A stretch of 64,000 nt of DNA from Candidatus Latescibacterota bacterium (GTDB taxonomy: Bacteria > Latescibacterota > CBDEFO01), in contig OZ252149.1 in the NCBI GenBank assembly GCA_965248755.1, positions 320,001-384,000 of the forward strand, written 5' to 3'. Below are positions 21,334 through 30,492 of this stretch, piece by piece (the first letter of the stretch is position 1; every line of letters starts with the position of its first letter). The position numbers and the translations under genes are program-made. The notes beneath the pieces are model-generated. The model was not told the origin of the DNA. It was given only the letters and a program-made list of their open reading frames with translations, and did no database searches.

Positions 21334-22060
21334 TTAGAAGAACCTCCAGATTATCCCGGCAGATAGCCCTCAACACGTCGTCAGATAGGCCGCAGTTGTT
21401 CAGATAGTAAAGATACGCCCCTCCGTCCATCTCAGGGAAGCCCGACCCGAATATCAACCTTTGGGAACCGAATCTGCTGACAAACCTTTCGACAGGTTCC
21501 ATAACGTAATACCGTGAAAGCTCCACGTAGAGATTCGGTAAGTGCTCCATCATTCCAAAAACCACAATTTGATGGGTGTAATGCACCCCCACCAGCACTA
21601 TGTTTATCGCCGGATGCGCCCTTGCCATCTCATAGAGATCCTTCATGTCCACCTCATCAATTGGGAGCCATAAGGCTATCCCCTCATCCTCCATCCACTC
21701 CATCCAATCCCCCACCATCCACGACACGAATGGATACGTATGTGTCTTTGGGTATGCCCTCAGACTCTTTATCCCTTTGTCCTTAACACCTTCCTTAAAA
21801 TCCTCAAATAACTCAGCCGGGAAATTGGCTACAAACTGAGGCACAAGCCCTGAAAACCCCTCAACGGTTTTCAGAATCTCTCTATTCCCCTCAACGCTAT
21901 CGTATGTAACCCCATAGGGATTGTAAACCAATGCCTTATCTATTCCAAGTCTTTCCATAACCATCAGAAGACCCTCTGGGGTGTCCACGCTCACCCTCGC
22001 ATCGTGCCTCCTCCCCAAAGCCACATTTCCATCAAAGACAGGAACTCTGGATTTGAACAA
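21323..22060 (-). CDS. Amidohydrolase-fold protein lacking canonical metal ligands
   Basis: FDGNVALG replaces DxHxH and FGSGFP replaces FGSD; overlaps the next gene. Confidence 0.75.
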   Translation of the reverse strand: MFKSRVPVFDGNVALGRRHDARVSVDTPEGLLMVMERLGIDKALVYNPYGVTYDSVEGNREILKTVEGFSGLVPQFVANFPAELFEDFKEGVKDKGIKSLRAYPKTHTYPFVSWMVGDWMEWMEDEGIALWLPIDEVDMKDLYEMARAHPAINIVLVGVHYTHQIVVFGMMEHLPNLYVELSRYYVMEPVERFVSRFGSQRLIFGSGFPEMDGGAYLYYLNNCGLSDDVLRAICRDNLEVLLNGD

Positions 22061-22141
22061 CGTTTGTCTCCTCTCTCCTCAAGTAGATAGGGTACCGTCT
22101 TCCCCTGTTGAATGTCTAGCCCCAATAGATTCAATTGGGGA

Positions 22142-23080
22142 CTACTGACTACTGTCTCCTTGCCCTCCCTTCACACCCCCGAATATGATCTTCCACGGAT
22201 GCCTGGCCACATCCTTGAAAGACGCCGAAATATCCTCCATGTTTTTGAGCGTCGAATCTATTTGCGCTCTATTTTCTACAGTTAGATTGTCCAGATTCGA
22301 CATCAACTTCTCCATCTGATTCAAACTCCTCTGGAGAGCCTCCAGCGCATCCTTTATGTTCTCACTGTTGTCACCTAATATTTCGTTCAGACTCGTCAAC
22401 GTCTCCTTCGAGTAATCCAGGTTTTCATTCAACTTATCTATAGACTCCTTAATACCCGGCTCCAGGGTAGCAATTAGGGACTCGCTCCTTGTGAGCATAG
22501 ACTGAGCGTCCTTGCTCAAGCCCTCCACGTCTTTTGAAATCTTGTGAACTACCTCCACAAACTTCCTGAATCTACCCCCAATTTCTGCGTCCCTTATCTT
22601 CACTGACATTTCAGTCATCCTCTCCAGCATAGTCGCTGCCTTGGCCATGAGTGTCCCGGTATCCAGAGCTTTCTTACCCTTCATAGTAGCACCGGCCTTA
22701 AACGGCAGGTCCCGCTGACTCGAAACGTCTAAATTTATAAAACTATCGCCCACAATTCCCCCTCCCTTAACCTCTCCCACTGTCCCCTCAATAACAGGAT
22801 ATTCGTTCTTGATAGCCAATTCTACAACAAAAAAGACACCCTCTTTTTGCGGTTCAGGATAAAACTCAACTTGCTTGACCTTTCCCACCTCAAAGCCCCT
22901 CAACTTCACCTTCGCGCCCACTCCTATATTTCCTATCGACTTAAACTCCACAAAGAGCGGATAATGCCCTAATGTCAGCCCCTGTTTGAGCACTATGGTA
23001 AAGACCAAAAGGCCGATAGCTACGATCACGCACCCTCCGACCAATATATCCGTCTTCTTGCTCCTCTTAAATTCCATCAT
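22142..23080 (-). CDS. MlaD/MCE family protein
   Basis: N-terminal TM helix, GAKVKLRGFEVGKV, GIVGDSFINL, helical C-terminus. Confidence 0.85.
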   Translation of the reverse strand: MMEFKRSKKTDILVGGCVIVAIGLLVFTIVLKQGLTLGHYPLFVEFKSIGNIGVGAKVKLRGFEVGKVKQVEFYPEPQKEGVFFVVELAIKNEYPVIEGTVGEVKGGGIVGDSFINLDVSSQRDLPFKAGATMKGKKALDTGTLMAKAATMLERMTEMSVKIRDAEIGGRFRKFVEVVHKISKDVEGLSKDAQSMLTRSESLIATLEPGIKESIDKLNENLDYSKETLTSLNEILGDNSENIKDALEALQRSLNQMEKLMSNLDNLTVENRAQIDSTLKNMEDISASFKDVARHPWKIIFGGVKGGQGDSSQ

Positions 23081-23159
23081 ATCTACCACACTCCCCAAAT
23101 CCTTCTCTATCGACCGAAAACAACTTTAAGAGAGACGGATACGACATAATCCCCCTCGA

Positions 23160-23588
23160 TCAATCCTGTTCTGCCCTTAATCTTTTGATCTGCCTCTGCT
23201 CCTTCTCTTTGATCTTCTCTTCAAACGTCCTTATGTCTATAATGTGTTTTTGATATGTCCCCTCGGATATAATGCCCTCCTCGTCCAATATCTCCACATC
23301 GAACACTATCCTCCGACCATCAATTTTAACTAACCTCACACGACACGCCACTTCCATCCACATCGGTACCGGAGCACTATGTGTGACGTTCACGGCCGTC
23401 CCGACTGTGATCAAACCTGGCTCCAAGTAAGCGTCCACCACCTTTGCCGCCGTCCTTTCAATTAAGCCTATGAGCGGCATCGTGCCCAAAACATCCGGCC
23501 TTTTAGGATGCACAAGTTTCGCCGAATGCTCAGGTGAAACTGTCATCCTCATTTCACCCCTCAAACCGACCTCAAGCATTCTATTCAT
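23160..23588 (-). CDS. Hot-dog fold thioesterase (FlK-like)
   Basis: VLGT..LIE, TVGTAVNVTHSAP. Confidence 0.85.
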   Translation of the reverse strand: MNRMLEVGLRGEMRMTVSPEHSAKLVHPKRPDVLGTMPLIGLIERTAAKVVDAYLEPGLITVGTAVNVTHSAPVPMWMEVACRVRLVKIDGRRIVFDVEILDEEGIISEGTYQKHIIDIRTFEEKIKEKEQRQIKRLRAEQD

Positions 23589-23798
23589 CCTAAGATTAAA
23601 GCAACTAGACTGTAACTTAGCATTGTCCGATCTTTCCCTAAATAATAAAGGCATATATAGTACCTTTGTCAAGAAGATTTGAAAGGTCATCCTATGGTTT
23701 TCTGTTGACAGAGCCGCAAATCTTTGATATATTGGTCTACTACCTTTTTCGAGCAAACTGCAACTACTGGGTTAGATGGAAAGGATGATATTTGCAAA

Positions 23799-24206
23799 GT
23801 GAAGTTCGACGCTAACAGCATAGATCACATAGCCATAGCAGTCCAAGACATTGATATGTCTTTAAGAGTTTACTCTAATGCCTTGGGATTCGAGATAACC
23901 GGTCAGGAAACATTAGATAGCGAAAACGTAAAGGTCTCCTTTCTAGACTGCAAAGGGTGCCGGATAGAGCTTTTAGAGCCTCTGTCAGAAGAGGGGCACA
24001 TCTCCAAATTTCTGAGAGATAAGAAAGGTGGCGTTCATCACATCTGCTTCTCCGTCGAAGATATAGGTGAATCTATCGAATCTTGCAGACGCGAGGGGAT
24101 GAACTTTATAGAACCTGCTCCAAGAGAAGGGTCAGAAGGGAAAAAGGTCGCCTTCATACATCCCGAATCATCAGACGGAGTGTTGATCGAACTTCGTGAA
24201 AAATAA
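23799..24206 (+). CDS. mce: Methylmalonyl-CoA epimerase (VOC family)
   Basis: IDHIAIAV, IELLEP, GVHHICFSV, AFIHP...GVLIEL. Confidence 0.85.
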   Translation: MKFDANSIDHIAIAVQDIDMSLRVYSNALGFEITGQETLDSENVKVSFLDCKGCRIELLEPLSEEGHISKFLRDKKGGVHHICFSVEDIGESIESCRREGMNFIEPAPREGSEGKKVAFIHPESSDGVLIELREK

Positions 24207-24331
24207 AGTCCCCTTTCAACCGTCATCCTTGACTTCAAAAGTGGACAAGGCTAAATTTAAGAAGATTGTCTTGAATCACAGATCTGAATACTTGATCTGT
24301 CGAGTTGTTATCTGCAAACAGATCTTACATT

Positions 24332-24823
24332 ATGAAAATATACACGAAATCGGGAGATGACGGATACACAGGCCTGCTTCGAGGCGGAAGAATCTTAAAA
24401 AGTTCGCTTAGAGTCGAGGCTTACGGAACTGTGGATGAACTTAATGCGTCTATAGGCGTAGTAAGGTCGTTCAACCAAGATAAGGAGATAGACTCCATTT
24501 TGGAAGGGATTCAGAACGACCTCCATATCCTGGGCGCTCAATTAGCATCGGCTGTCTCGAAGGGAAAGGCGCCATCAATTTCCTCCCAAAGAGTAGACCA
24601 GTTAGAGAATATCATAGATAAGTGCGAAGGAGAGCTGAATCCCCTGAGGTACTTCATCCTTCCCGGCGGATCATCTGCCGCGGCGTTTCTGCACCTTTCC
24701 AGAGGGATATGCCCCAGAGCCGAAAGGAGAGCCGTAGCCCTATCTAAAGACGGAGCCATCCCTGAACACCCATTATCAGGAACTTTCAATCAGTCGAACA
24801 AGGAGGTGAAAATGAGGGGATGA
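24332..24823 (+). pseudogene. 3'-truncated copy of PduO-type cob(I)alamin adenosyltransferase
   Basis: Matches the 29295 gene up to 24752, then has an unrelated tail; lacks YLNRLSD. Confidence 0.85.
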
Positions 24824-25668
24824 AATATAAGCATATCGATGTCAATTCAATCACTAGCGCGCTTGGGGCAGAGATCACTGGCGTTGATCTGTCAAAGCCG
24901 CTCAACAACGAAACCTTTGCCGAAATCCACAGGGCGCATCTGGAGCATCTGGTTCTATTCTTCCCGGGTCAGAAAATCACACCGGATACGCTCAAGGTAT
25001 TCGGACACAGGTTCGGTGAACTGAGCGTACACCCGTTCCTGCCCAATCTGGAAGAACATCCGGAAATCATCGTCATCGATAAGCAGGAAGATAAGATGAC
25101 CAACGTTGGCAACGGGTGGCATTCGGACATGTCTTTTCTTGAAAAACCACCGCTTGGCTCGATATTGCATGCTCAGATCATAGCCCCCTATGGTGGCGAT
25201 ACTCTCTTTGCCAACATGTACCTTGTGTATGAAGCTCTCTCGGAAGGGATGAAAAATCTGCTCGACGGGCTGTGGGCTATACATGACTACACTAAAGTCT
25301 TCAAAGAGTCGGCACGCCACGGAAGGACCAAGGTCAGCGAAACCGACGTGGAAGCAGCCCGGGAAGAGCTACCCTCGGTCGAGCACCCGGTCGTGCGAAC
25401 CCACCCGGAGACGGGCCGGAAGTTACTCTATGTCAACCCCTTTTTCACATCGCACATTAAGGGCATGACCCAGCAGGAAAGCCAGCCGTTGCTGGAGTTT
25501 CTCTACCAGCATACCGCCAAACCGGAATTCACCTGCCGCTACCGTTGGACGCAAAATGCGATCGCCTTTTGGGACAATCGCTGTACGCAGCATTATGCGA
25601 TCAACGACTACCACGGATATCGACGTTGCATGTACAGAGTGACGATCAATGGAGATCGTCCGTTCTAA
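24820..25668 (+). CDS. tauD: TauD/TfdA family 2-oxoglutarate dioxygenase
   Basis: WHSD, GGDTLFAN, HPVVRTHPETGRK, WDNRCTQH. Confidence 0.9.
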   Translation: MKYKHIDVNSITSALGAEITGVDLSKPLNNETFAEIHRAHLEHLVLFFPGQKITPDTLKVFGHRFGELSVHPFLPNLEEHPEIIVIDKQEDKMTNVGNGWHSDMSFLEKPPLGSILHAQIIAPYGGDTLFANMYLVYEALSEGMKNLLDGLWAIHDYTKVFKESARHGRTKVSETDVEAAREELPSVEHPVVRTHPETGRKLLYVNPFFTSHIKGMTQQESQPLLEFLYQHTAKPEFTCRYRWTQNAIAFWDNRCTQHYAINDYHGYRRCMYRVTINGDRPF

Positions 25669-26573
25669 AAGTATGCCTCACTAGAAGCCTTGTGAAAAAC
25701 TCTTAAATCGAAAACATAGTATAAAAACATTGACGGAGCAATCTCCATGTATTATATTATATCATTGATAATATTATACATGGAGGAAATAATGACACCA
25801 CAGAAGAAGGAACAGACAAATCCGATATTTCACTATTTTCAGATGGAGGATTTAGTTCCCCAAGACCATATTCTCCGTCAAATTGATAAAGCGGTTGATT
25901 TTTCATTTGTATGAGACGTTGTGTCAGATTGTTATTGCTCTGATAATGGCAGACCCGGTATTGATCCTGAATTAGTTATTCGAATGATCCTTATCGGCTA
26001 TTTGTATAATTTGAGTGAGAATCGGCTTTGTCAGGAAGTGGCGATGCATGCGGCATATAGGTTGTTTTGTCATCAGACATTTGAGGATGAGGTTCCAGAC
26101 AGAAGCACGATCAACAAGCTTCGCAATCACAAGTGGGCATCTAGTGGATTGTTTGAACAGATAATGCGTCAGGTAGTCCAGCGCTGTATAGATGTCGGTC
26201 TTGTGAGCGGTAAACACTTAAGTGTTGATGGCACTCAGATACGAGCGAATGCTTCGGTGAAGAGTATTGAGCCGATAGAGCTTCCTGTTTCTCTTGATGA
26301 CTACCTAAAGGAAATGGGTTTTGAAGGTGATAAGGTACAGGCCGAAGATAGGTCTGGGCATTCTCACGATAAGGACTTTCATGGTGAAAAGTGGACGAAC
26401 CAGACGCACCGTTCGACTACAGACCCCGATGCTCTCTTATACAAAAAGTCAAAAGGCACGGGGGCTTCTCTTTCGTTTATGGGTCATGATCTCATCGACA
26501 CAAAAAGTAGAGTAATCCTTGAGACACAGGGCACACAGGCGACAGGGACAGCCGAGACTGAAAGTGCCCTTAA

Positions 26574-28199
26574 CCCCCATTCGCCATATTAGACCCGAAA
26601 AATGGTTGTCAAAGTCGCCAGAACATGTTATATTACAATAAATAAGACTCATAAATGGCGGATAAATATTGATCATCCAGAGGGTGAAAGAATGAAAGTA
26701 GGTTTTGATGGAGGAATAAAGCTTGAATTTCATGGTGCAAAGGTGACATCAAACGGTGGACTTCTTGCGTATCGTGACCTTGATTACGCACTGGGATTAT
26801 TTGATTCGGTATCAGCGGTTTTTACCGATAAACGCACAGGCCGTAATATCCAACATGATATATCTACTCTCCTGCGTCAATCGATATACAGCCGTCTTGC
26901 AGGATATGAAGATGTAAATGACGCCGAGCGATTATCCGTTGATCCCGTCATGCGAGCGATTACCGGAAAGAAGGACAAAGGCAGGCAAGCTGCCAGCTCC
27001 AACACGATAGGACGTTTTGAAACTGATATACTGACTCAGCATGACAATCTCAGAAACTTGTCAGATATCAATGGCAAGTGGGTTCAAAAAGCGATGAGTA
27101 AAACACAGCATCAACGAATCATTCTGGACATGGACAGTTCGGAGAGTCCGGTACATGGCCAGCAGGAAGGATCAGCTTACAACGGTCATTTCGGATGTAC
27201 CTGTTTTCATCCAGTGTTCTGCTTCAATCAGTTCGGGGATTGTGAAGGAGTCCTACTTCGCTCTGGTAATGTTCACAGTGCTGATCGTTGGAAGGAAGTT
27301 CTGGAACCGATCGTCAAGAGATACGAGAGCAAGAAGAATAGGAAATACTTTCGAGGCGATGCTGCATTCGCAAAGCCTGAGATTTATGATTATCTGGAGG
27401 GAAACGGCTATTTGTATGCCATTCGGTTTCCCGCAAATGAGATACTCTATGAAAAGATACGATACCTGCTGACTCGGCCAGTTGGACGACCGCCGAGGAA
27501 ACCGATTGTATCGTTATATGAATTTCAATATAAAGCGGCCAGTTGGGATCAATCGAGGCGAGTGGTCGCCAAGGTTGAATGGCACCAAGGGGAGTTATTC
27601 CCAAGAGTGGGATTTATCGTGACCAACATGAGCGCCAAGCCAGAAGGCGTGGTACACTTCTACAATGGCCGTGGCAGAGCTGAGCAGTGGATTAAGGAGG
27701 GCAAGTATGCTCTGAACTGGACCCGACTCTCATGCAAGCGTTTCGTCTCCAATCAGGTGAGGCTCTGGCTGTTTGTTCTGGCTTACAACTTGGGCAACTT
27801 CCTGCGACGTTTTGTTCTTCCGAAGAAAATCAAACACTGGTCACTACGCAGCCTCCTCGTGAAATTTATCAAAATCGGAGCGAAGATTGTCAGACACAGC
27901 GGATATATTACGTTTCAAATGGCTGAGGTTGGGATAGACAAGAGGTTATTTGCCGAAATATTATCCCGGATTGAACGATTGCGATGTTATTCTGTTTAAA
28001 CTGCCACATTTTTTTGTGAGTCGATGGAGAGGTGTCTCTAATTGGAGGATTTAAACACAAAGAAAGTGATAATTCAGAGGAAAATACTATTTTAATTGAA
28101 AAAAGTACTTGTTGAAAAATGTAAAAGTGGTAATATTAATTCAGAAACAAGAATGTATCGAAATATAATCCCTCATGAATGTGATATGGGGAATGTCGG
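26574..28199 (+). mobile_element. IS1380-family element
   Basis: Imperfect 16-bp IRs CCCCCATTCGCCATAT / ATATGGGGAATGTCGG and 5-bp target duplication CTTAA (26569-26573, 28200-28204). Removing it restores ESALKMVDD. Confidence 0.92.
26602..27999 (+). CDS. IS1380-family DDE transposase
   Basis: TSNGGLL, GYEDVND, LDMDS, RGDAAF, YNGRGRAEQWIKEGK. Confidence 0.92.
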   Translation: MVVKVARTCYITINKTHKWRINIDHPEGERMKVGFDGGIKLEFHGAKVTSNGGLLAYRDLDYALGLFDSVSAVFTDKRTGRNIQHDISTLLRQSIYSRLAGYEDVNDAERLSVDPVMRAITGKKDKGRQAASSNTIGRFETDILTQHDNLRNLSDINGKWVQKAMSKTQHQRIILDMDSSESPVHGQQEGSAYNGHFGCTCFHPVFCFNQFGDCEGVLLRSGNVHSADRWKEVLEPIVKRYESKKNRKYFRGDAAFAKPEIYDYLEGNGYLYAIRFPANEILYEKIRYLLTRPVGRPPRKPIVSLYEFQYKAASWDQSRRVVAKVEWHQGELFPRVGFIVTNMSAKPEGVVHFYNGRGRAEQWIKEGKYALNWTRLSCKRFVSNQVRLWLFVLAYNLGNFLRRFVLPKKIKHWSLRSLLVKFIKIGAKIVRHSGYITFQMAEVGIDKRLFAEILSRIERLRCYSV

Positions 28200-28844
28200 C
28201 TTAAGATGGTTGATGATCTTGAAGTATACACTATGCCCGAAGGCATTCAGACACTTACTGCCGATACCGGTTACGGTTCTGGTGGTTTTATCGCTGATAT
28301 ACTTGACTGGGGAATCACACCCCACATTCCTCTGCGATCAGGTGAAGAGATTGAGCCAATTCCTACTTGGAAAAACAAGACAAATTTCGCACATATTCAG
28401 GCCAAGCGAGATAAGAAAGTGCGAGAGGCAAAGGCCAGGAATTATGCACGATCTATCTCATTGACATCTGACTACAGACTCTCCCAGAAGCTCCGCAAAC
28501 GCAGTGAACATATCTTTGCTGAAGCCAAACAACAGCACGGTATGGGCCAAGCCCGTTACAGGGGCTTGGCCTCACTGAATGAACAGTTAAATCTTGTTGC
28601 AACAGTGCAGAATCTCAAGAGGCTTGTATCCTTCATAAGAAGGGGAAAAGCGTCTATATGTGCCCTGTCTGTCAAAGACAGTGCATCCTGTTCTTCAAAC
28701 AGCTTCTATTCCTTGCTGACCAGAACTCTGATGAGACTATTTTGCTTATTCCATAGCAAAACGATACGATATGCTACTGTTTGACCCATAATAGGCGTTT
28801 CAGACGCTGCCTACAAGATAACTATTTCACAAGGCTTCTAGATA

Positions 28845-29165
28845 GTCCAAGAAATAAGACTGGACTTTGGCAAGTTTTTTGCAAAATATCTTTTTAAAGG
28901 TAATCAGTTCGTCTTTTTTAATAGCTTACGTAAGGAGCTTACCCTGATAAATCTTCCTAACCTTGATAAGGCTTCCGAGGCTTTATCTGAGCTTTTGGCA
29001 TCAGTGTTGCCTGTGTTAGTGGAACGTCGTAAGCAGTCTTTTGCTTTGCGATCTAATCGCAAACGTGCCCCAGGTGAAGGACGCAAGCGACAGCTTGCGC
29101 CATGTCAGGAGGTGGTGCTGACGTTGATCTATTTGCGTCATAATGTCTCTCTTTCGGTGGTAGGA
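28845..29165 (+). pseudogene. IS5-family (HTH_Tnp_4-type) transposase N-terminal remnant
   Basis: RKRAPGEGRKRQL...VLTLIYLRHN. Confidence 0.65.
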
Positions 29166-29294
29166 GTCCCCGATTGAATCCCCAATTGATTCTATTCAGG
29201 ACAGTTTTCAGACGCCATTCTTCGGATCATCTACTGTCTTAAATCCTGAAATACTCGATCTGTCGAGTTGTTATCTGCAAACAGATCTTACATT

Positions 29295-29837
29295 ATGAAA
29301 ATATACACGAAATCGGGAGATGACGGATACACAGGCCTGCTTCGAGGCGGAAGAATCTTAAAAAGTTCGCTTAGAGTCGAGGCTTACGGAACTGTGGATG
29401 AACTTAATGCGTCTATAGGCGTAGTAAGGTCGTTCAACCAAGATAAGGAGATAGACTCCATTTTGGAAGGGATTCAGAACGACCTCCATATCCTGGGCGC
29501 TCAATTAGCATCAGCTGTCTCGAAGGGAAAGGCGCCATCAATTTCCTCCCAAAGAGTAGACCAGTTAGAGAATATCATAGATAAGTGCGAAGGAGAGCTG
29601 AATCCCCTGAGGTACTTCATCCTTCCCGGCGGATCATCTTCAGGAGCGTTTCTGCATCTTTCCAGAGGAATATGCCGCAGAGCCGAAAGGAGAGCAGTAT
29701 CCCTATCCAAAGACGAGAATGTGGACGCAAATACAATAATTTACCTCAACAGGCTCTCCGATCTACTGTTCGTCCTATCTAGATTAGCCAACAAAAGAGC
29801 GGGCATAAGCGACACCGAATGGCATTACAGCGAGTAA
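29295..29837 (+). CDS. pduO: PduO-type cob(I)alamin adenosyltransferase
   Basis: MKIYTKSGDDGYT, YGTVDELNA, FILPGG, CRRAER, YLNRLSD. Confidence 0.92.
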   Translation: MKIYTKSGDDGYTGLLRGGRILKSSLRVEAYGTVDELNASIGVVRSFNQDKEIDSILEGIQNDLHILGAQLASAVSKGKAPSISSQRVDQLENIIDKCEGELNPLRYFILPGGSSSGAFLHLSRGICRRAERRAVSLSKDENVDANTIIYLNRLSDLLFVLSRLANKRAGISDTEWHYSE

Positions 29838-29883
29838 TCTAAAAACTGGGTTATGCTCCATTTATATCTTGGAGGGACCATTA

Positions 29884-30459
29884 GTGGATAAACTGAAGCT
29901 TAAAAATAGAAAAGCCCTGAAGGAATGGGCTACGGCTGTGAAAGCGATGGACCAAGGCCGTCAATCTATACTGCTCAGGAAAGGCGGCATCGCAGAGGAT
30001 AGGGACGAATTTACCCTGGAAAACTGGGAGTTTTTCCTCTACCCTACGTATGAGCATCAAGACCAAGGCCTAATCAAGCCCCTATTTGTTCCCGATCTGG
30101 AAAAGACAATTAAAAGTGCTGTCGGTGGCAGCGTGACTATAAGTAGTTACGCCGTGGTTCAGGATGTGGTAGATGTCCTTAATTTGGACACAGTCTGCGC
30201 CCTTTCTGACTACCACATATGGTCAGCCGAGTACATGGAAGAGAGATTCCACTGGAGAAAAGATGTTCATCTTCAGCTCTTGCTCCTGAGGGTCTTTCGG
30301 CTTCCTCAACCTTACGAGATACCGGACCTTGAGGAATATGGAGGCTGCAAATCGTGGATAGATCTGGAGATGGAACTTTCAACGGAAGGCGCTTTACCCG
30401 TTCTGTCTGATGAGGAGTTTAAGAGAGTGTCTTATGAGATCAGGGGCGTATTGTCATAG
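29884..30459 (+). CDS. DUF1802 family protein
   Basis: ALKEWA, LLRKGGI, LYPTYEHQ, YGGCKSW. Confidence 0.85.
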   Translation: MDKLKLKNRKALKEWATAVKAMDQGRQSILLRKGGIAEDRDEFTLENWEFFLYPTYEHQDQGLIKPLFVPDLEKTIKSAVGGSVTISSYAVVQDVVDVLNLDTVCALSDYHIWSAEYMEERFHWRKDVHLQLLLLRVFRLPQPYEIPDLEEYGGCKSWIDLEMELSTEGALPVLSDEEFKRVSYEIRGVLS

Positions 30460-30492
30460 ACCGAAGTTCAACTGAATAATTGAGAGATCAAT

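Larger units (their letters stand above)
19508..21567. repeat. 1030-bp tandem duplication (19508-20537 / 20538-21567)
   Basis: Both units start AGTGTGGAGAAA and end CATTCCAAxAAxCACAA, with scattered substitutions between them. Confidence 0.95.
25684..28838 (+). mobile_element. IS1182-family element, inactivated (nonsense codon and nested IS1380)
   Basis: Terminal IRs GAAGCCTTGTGAAA / TTTCACAAGGCTTC at a CTAG site. Transposase starts at ATG 25792, has an in-frame TGA at 25912, GRPGIDP, VDGT and STTDPDA motifs, and resumes at 28206 (EHIFAEAK). Confidence 0.9.

Noticed and set aside
25912..25914. In-frame TGA as selenocysteine or Trp recoding
   Set aside because: It lies in a transposase already broken by IS1380, and TGA terminates many intact genes here.
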